This document shows, one piece after another, positions 1-64,000 of a stretch of 64,000 bases of DNA; positions within the stretch are counted from its first letter, which is position 1; every line of letters begins with the position of its first letter. A model generated the notes under the pieces. The model saw only the letters and a list, made by a program, of their open reading frames with translations, did not search any database and had not been told where the DNA came from. Source of the DNA: Eledone cirrhosa (lineage: Eukaryota); assembly GCA_964016885.1 (NCBI GenBank), contig OZ024766.1:9052001-9116000 (forward strand). The letters are read 5' to 3'. Position numbers and translations under genes: made by a program.

Positions 1-61
1 ATATGTTTATTTATAGGTTAATCAATCTCTAGTTGGTGTGTGTGTGTGTGCGTGTGTGCGT

Positions 62-315
62 GTAAGAGTGCCAGGTTCAATTGGGTGTAACCACAGTAAG
101 TAAGGTACTCAATACATAGCAGAGTATATATAATATAGAAAAGGCTTCTACAGGACTAGAACTGTTTCATTCGGGAGAAATCATCAGGGCTCCCGATTTC
201 TCCCGAATGAAACAGTTATAGTCCTGTAGAAGCCTTTTCTATATTATATATACTCTGCTATGTATTGAGTACCTTACTTACTGTGGTTACCTCCGATTGA
301 ACCTGGGACTCTTAC
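62..315. repeat. ~250-bp palindrome with a degenerate hammerhead at its centre (minus, ~153-190)
   Basis: Arms 62-183 and 195-315; CTGATGA..GAAACAGTTCTA; TTGAGTAC downstream. Confidence 0.65.
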
Positions 316-331
316 ACACACACACATATAT

Positions 332-1107
332 ATCATCATCATTATCATCATTTTACGTCCGCTTTTCCCTGCTTGCAAGGGTGGGACGGGTCTTATTCAG
401 CACAGCATCTCTCCACTCGTCCCGGTCCCTCGTCATCTCCACCGTGAGCTTCAATGATCTGAGGTCTGTTCTCACCACCTCCGCCCATGTTTTTCGTGGT
501 CTACCTCTACCACGTCTTCCTTCAACTGGCATTTCCTGGCACCTCTTCACCCATCGGTCATCCTCCATGCGCATCACATGTCCATACCACCTCAGTCTCC
601 TCTCCCGTACACTACATTCTATCCCTCTCAGACACAGTTTCTCTCTCAACACATCACATGTCCATACCACCTCAGTCTCCTCTCTCGTACACTACATTCT
701 ATCCCTCTCAGACACAGTTTCTCTCTCAACACATCACATGTCCATACCACCTCAGTCTCCTCTCTCGCACACTACATTCTATCCCTCTCAGACACAGTTT
801 CTCTCTCAACACATCACATGTCCATACCACCTCAGTCTCCTCTCCCGTACACTACATTCTATCCCTCTCAGACACAGTTTCTCTCTCAACACATCACATG
901 TCCATACCATCGCAGTCTCCTCTCTCGCACACTACATTCTATCCCTCTCAGACACAGTTTCTCTCTCAACACATTCATGCTGGGTCGTTCACGCACATTT
1001 ACACTGCACATCCAACGGAGCATGCTTGCCTCATTTCTCTCCAGCCGTCGCATATCCTCTGCGGTTGCTGCCCACGTCTCACTACCATGCAGCATCGCGC
1101 TCCTTGT
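332..1107 (-). mobile_element. RTE-clade LINE 3' fragment with a 5x 80-bp internal tandem duplication
   Basis: HGSETW...RLRWYGHVMRM...GRRGRGRPRKTW...LASREKRT*, followed by an (ATG)n tail. Confidence 0.9.
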
Positions 1108-1392
1108 ATGTATAATATATATATATATATATATATACATAACAACTAGAAATTGATTAACATATAAATAAACATATGAAACAATCACAGGGGATAATTT
1201 GTACAAGTGTGTAAGCACACATAGCTAGGTAGGTAACTAAATAAAGTTTAACTAGAACTTCAAAAATAGATACCTTATAAGATGATTAATCTTCCTTGTA
1301 TATATTCCATGTCTATCCACGACACAGAGTACTCACAACCTGTTACTGGATTACCTATAACAATAACTTGTTATCCCTTATATATATTATGT

Positions 1393-2075
1393 GGAGGCAC
1401 ATGGCTTAGTGGTTAGAGCATTGGTCTTGCAATCGAAAGGTTGTGAGTTCAATTCTCAGACCGGGTGATGTGTTGTTTCCTTAAGCAAGACACTTTATTT
1501 CACATTGCTCCACTTTACTCAGCTGTAGAAGTGGTCGTGGAGGTGCCACGGCAAAAGAAGCACCCAGCACTCACTGTAGATGAGGTTGGTGTTAGGAAGG
1601 GCATCCAGCTGTAGAAATGAGATGATAGGGACTGGGGTCCCTATCATTCCACTGCAAAGTGGTCGTGGAGATGCCACGGCAAAAAAGCACCCAGCACTCA
1701 CTGTAAATGAGGTTGGTGTTAGGAAGGGCATCCAGCTGTAGAAATGAGATGATAGGGACTGGGGTCCCTATCATTCCACTGCAAAGTGGTCGTGGAGGTG
1801 CCACGGCAGAAAAGCACCCAGCACTCACTGTAAATGAGGTTGGTGTTAGGAAGGGCATCCAGCTGTAGAAATGAGATGATAGGGACTGGGGTCCCTATCA
1901 TTCCACTGCAAAGTGGTCGTGGAGGTGCCACGGCAAAAAGGCGCCCAGCACTCACTGTAAATGAGGTTGGTGTTAGGAAGGGCATCCAGCTGTAGAAATC
2001 AAGCCAGCATCAGTTCCCGTCCCACCCTTGCAAGCAGGGAAAAGTGGACGTAAAATAAAATGATGATGAATGATG
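1393..2075 (+). mobile_element. tRNA-derived CORE-type SINE (family A) with an internal 127-bp tandem amplification
   Basis: A box TGGCTTAGTGG, B box GAGTTCAATTC, CORE-like CCTTRAGCAAGACACTT..., RTE-like tail. Confidence 0.85.
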
Positions 2076-2799
2076 ATATATGAAAACCTGGCGTGCTGCA
2101 TGGTTGCAAATGGGTTACATATGAATAAATTTAGTCCTTCATCAGTGATCTTCCAGCCTTCATTGGTATTTCATCGCTTTAAAGACCATATACCAACGGC
2201 TAAAGAAAGTCGTTGGGACACGTAAATAAGGGGAACAAGCGAGACAGTAAACAATCAAAGATGGTAATGCAACGAAAAGTGAGGAAGAAGGAGTCAAGTC
2301 CCTGAAATCAATGAACGTAAGTTCTGTGAAATCGTGGACGAGAGAGAATTGACATTTCGACCAGGTTTGATGGTCTTTATTCTCTCTCGTCCACGATTTC
2401 ACAGATCGTTTAAATAAACATTCATATATTTCCGTCACTAATTTTCTCCTAATGCAGTTTATATATAATATCGTCTTTTTTAATGTATCATGGATTACTT
2501 TACTGATTACATAAGACAGTGTAACATAGTCTCTCTTCAATTTCTGTGTATTATATATTGTCAACTAACCGGAAGTGTTGACATTTGAAAATTTTAAAGA
2601 AGTGAATCTTTAAATAAGTAATAAAATATATTTAATTAACAGCCACGAAATTTAGTAGATAAATTATGTAATATTCATTCATTATTTATTCAAAGGGTTT
2701 TGCCTTTCATCCTTACGGGGTCGATAAAAATAAAGTACCAGTAATGCACTGGGTAATTGCTGGCCTTGTGCCTAAAGTAGAAACAATTATTTATTCAAA

Positions 2800-2995
2800 G
2801 GGCGGTGACTTGGCAGAATCGGTAGAGGGTCTGACGCCATGCTTTGCAGCATGGAGTTACGGCCCTTTCCATTCTGAGTTCAAATCCCGCCGAGGTTAAC
2901 TTTGCCTTTCATCCTTAAGGGGATCGATAAAATAAAGTACCAGTAATACACTGGGGTAGTTGCTGGCCTTGTGCCAAAAGTAGAAACAATTATTT
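2800..2995 (+). mobile_element. SINE family B (tRNA-like head); other copies at ~2695-2790(+, partial), 12835-13015(-), 14252-14348(-), 17960-18140(-), 40580-40770(-)
   Basis: TGGCAGAATCGG...GAGTTCAAATCCC boxes, GCCTTTCATCC..GTCGATAAAATAAAGTACCAG body, (ATT)n tail. Confidence 0.8.
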
Positions 2996-3120
2996 ATTCA
3001 AAGTAATCCAACTTATTTTACTAATGGGATTAAAAATTATAAACTGTACGCAGTCCTGCACTCCTTACTTTATTATATTTATATACCAGTAATTCAATGG
3101 GGGATAGATTAAGCTCCTAC

Positions 3121-59966
<56,846 letters not shown>

Positions 59967-60029
59967 CTGCAGGTGTTAAAATATATGATACATGGAGTTA
60001 GATGACAGCAATGATGATGTTGATACCAT

Positions 60030-62345
60030 ATATACATTATATATACACCACACACTTATATATACATTATATATACACCACACTCAATATACATTATATA
60101 TACACCACACACTTATATATACATTATATATACACCACACACTTATATATACATTATATATACACCACACACACAATATACATTATATATACACCACACA
60201 CTCAATATACATTATATACACCACACACTCAATATACATTATATATATACTCCACACACTTAATATACATTATATATACTCCACACACTTATATATACAT
60301 TATATATACTCCACACACTCAATATACATTATATATGCACCACACACTCAATATACATTATATATACACCACACACACAATATACATTATATATACACCA
60401 CACACTCAATATACATTATATATACTCCACACACTCAATATACATTATATATACACCACACACTCAATATACATTATATATACACCACACACACAATATA
60501 CATTATATATACACCACACACTCAATATACATTATATATACTCCACACACTCAATATACATTATATATACTCCACACACTCAATATACATTATATATATA
60601 CCCCACACACTCAATATACATTATATATACACCACACACTCAATATACATTATATATACACCACACACTCAATATACATTATATATACACCACACACTCA
60701 ATATACATTATATATACTCCACACACTCAATATACATTATATATACTCCACACACTCAATATACATTATATATACTCCACACACTCAATATACATTATAT
60801 ATACACCACACACTCAATATACATTATATATACACCACACACACAATATACATTATATATACACCACACACTCAATATACATTATATATACTCCACACAC
60901 TCAATATACATTATATATACACCACACACTCAATATACATTATATATACACCACACACTCAATATACATTATATATACTCCACACACTCAATATACATTA
61001 TATATACACCACACACTCAATATATATTATATATACACCACACACTCAATATACATTATATATACTCCACACACTCAATATACATTATATATATACTCCA
61101 CACACTTATATATACATTATATATACACCACACACACAATATACATTATATATACACCACACACTCAATATACATTATATATACACCACACACTCAATAT
61201 ACATTATATATATACACCACACACTCAATATACATTATATATACACCACACACTCAATATACATTATATATATACCACACACTCAATATACATTATATAT
61301 ACTCCACACACTCAATATACATTATATATACTCCACACACTCAATATACATTATATATACACCACACACTCAATATACATTATATATACACCACACACAC
61401 AATATACATTATATATACACCACACACTCAATATACATTATATATACTCCACACACTCAATATACATTATATATACACCACACACTCAATATACATTATA
61501 TATACACCACACACTCAATATACATTATATATACTCCACACACTCAATATACATTATATATACACCACACACTCAATATATATTATATATACACCACACA
61601 CTCAATATACATTATATATATACCACACACTCAATATACATTATATATACACCACACACTCAATATACATTATATATACACCACACACTCAATATACATT
61701 ATATATATACACCACACACTCAATATACATTATATATACACCACACACTCAATATACATTATATATATACCACACACTCAATATACATTATATATACTCC
61801 ACACACTCAATATACATTATATATACTCCACACACTCAATATACATTATATATACACCACACACTCAATATACATTATATATACACCACACACACAATAT
61901 ACATTATATATACACCACACACTCAATATACATTATATATACTCCACACACTCAATATACATTATATATACACCACACACTCAATATACATTATATATAC
62001 ACCACACACTCAATATACATTATATATACTCCACACACTCAATATACATTATATATACACCACACACTCAATATATATTATATATACACCACACACTCAA
62101 TATACATTATATATATACCACACACTCAATATACATTATATATACACCACACACGTAATATACATTATATATATACTCCACACACTCAATATACATTATA
62201 TATATACACCACACACTTATATATACATTATATATACACCACACACTCAATATACATTATATATACACCACACCCACAATATACATTATATATACACCAC
62301 ACACTCAATATACATTATATATACACCACACACTCAATATACATT
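60030..62345. repeat. 27-bp minisatellite (ACACTCAATATACATTATATATACACC)
   Basis: Direct reading. Confidence 0.95.
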
Positions 62346-63656
62346 CCTTACTCTATCTATCTAGGGCGGGTAAAACTCCTGAGATCCATGGACGAGTTCT
62401 CTCCAGCGTCTCCAACAGACCAGTGTCTGTCCTTAGGGCATCAACATATGTCAACCCCGGTTTCCCTCTTCCAGTGTGTCCATGTAGGGGCTCCCACAGG
62501 AGCACTGAGTGCAGTGTCAACTCTGGATGTCGGTGAGCATGTCCAGCTAACCTAGTTTGTCCATGCAGGGGCTCCCACAGGAGCATTTAGTGCAATGTCA
62601 ACTCTGGATGTCGGTGAGCATGTCCAGCTAACCTAGTGTGTCCATGAAGGGGCTCCCACAGGAGTACTGAGTGCAGTGTCAACAGTGGATGTCAGTGAGC
62701 ATGTCCAGCTAACCCAGTGTGTCCATGTAGGGGCTCCCACAGGAACACTGAGTGCAATGTCAACTCTGGATGTCGGTGAGCATGTCCAGCTAACCTCAGT
62801 CTTCTCTGTGTCACTTTTGAGCTGACTTTTGGGAGACTCCCGTACAGATCTGAGTTTTTTATCTTCAGTGTATACTGATTAATGTTCAGAGCCATCCTCA
62901 GCATTCTCGTGTAGCACCCATCCACCATCTGAGTGAGTTCCTTGGTCAGTGTCCAAGTCTCAGACCCGTACAGCAGCACAGACACTATATATACACTATA
63001 TATATATAAAACTGAAGATGTCTGTCTCTGTGTGTGAGTTTGAATCCCTAAAACTTGAGAAGTACCCAACCCATTTTTTTCAAACTTTTTGATCCCCTAG
63101 GGCCGGCATTAGGTGAAAAACTGTATGTTTTCAGGTTTTTAGGAGTTTTTTTAGGCGTTACATCAGACCAATTTCCTTGAAATTGTAACTATCTATTAGT
63201 CAGTCTCTTCTTCATACCGTGAACAAAGAAAATCCAACTTATTTATGGCCTAGGACCCGCATTAGGTGAAAAATTTCATTTTTTCAGCTTTTTAGGGCTT
63301 TTTTGAGGCGTTACGTCTAGTCAATTTTCCCGAAATTTCAAGGCATATTATGCACATAAAAAAAATTCATTTTCTTGATCCCCTAGGGCCCGCATTAGGT
63401 AAAAACCTGCATTTTTCCTGCTTCATCGAGGAAAATCTTAAAGATATGTCTATGTACCTATGTATATATATAAATATAATGGAGGGGTAGAGAGGGCCCT
63501 TGAGTCTAGTAAGACATCCTCTCTAGTGCTGGTGGCACAAATAAAAGCACCCAGTCCATGCTGTAAAGGGGCGCTGGTGTTAGGAAGGGCATCCAACTAG
63601 TTTATCAATGCCAAAATGCTTATCAGCACAGCAACAAATAGGAACAACAACAAAAT

Positions 63657-64000
63657 ATGAAGACGTCGCATCTCAGAGTTGCAACACTCAATGTTGGCAC
63701 TCTCAGATGTAGATCTGCTGAAATAGCGGAGATGCTGGAGAGAAGGCAGGTGGATGTGTGCTGCGTGCAAGAGGTGAGATGGAGAGGTGCCTCTGCGAGA
63801 CTAGTCGTAGGCAAACGTCTTAGCTATAAGCTATTCTGGGTAGGTAAAGATGATGGGTTAGGGGGAGTAGGCATTTTCCTGGCTGAGAAATGGATCAATA
63901 AGACAATAGAGGTAGTTCGAGTTAGTAATCGAATAATTAAGCTTAGATTAGTTGTAGGCAGGAGACTACTGACAATCATCTCGGCCTATGCTCCCCAAGC
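63657..64000 (+). mobile_element. 5' start of an RTE LINE ORF (APE endonuclease), open to the window edge
   Basis: MKTSHLRVATLNVGTL..VDVCCVQEVRW..GGVGIFL..TIISAYAPQ. Confidence 0.9.

Noticed and set aside
1393-1465. tRNA gene
   Set aside because: It is the tRNA-derived head of SINE A and continues into the SINE body in every copy.
2088-2199. Next CC2D2A exon (AG/GT-bounded segment)
   Set aside because: Stops in all three frames and no C2-domain similarity.
59992-62364. 700-800 aa His/Tyr/Ile ORFs
   Set aside because: 27-bp minisatellite artefact.

Overview
Eukaryotic, AT- and microsatellite-rich animal DNA. The tRNA/CORE-type SINEs, RTE LINEs and (TA)n/(CAT)n tracts suggest an octopus or other coleoid cephalopod (inference). 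One spliced gene on the minus strand spans most of the window: 20 GT-AG exons with consistent phases (about 1026 codons) encode the N-terminal part of the ciliary transition-zone protein CC2D2A/MKS6, and the gene continues past the left edge. Nearly all long ORFs in the ORF track are repeat artefacts. The introns contain SINEs, RTE LINE fragments, Helitron pieces and tandem repeats. The main unannotated signal is about 21 intact-core minimal type I hammerhead ribozyme motifs plus several degenerate ones. Seventeen lie within 33.8-39.6 kb. They belong to several sequence families and mostly occur as outward-facing inverted pairs inside (TA)n tracts, resembling Penelope-like pLTR or retrozyme-type non-autonomous elements. 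All coordinates were read by eye and may be off by a few bases.
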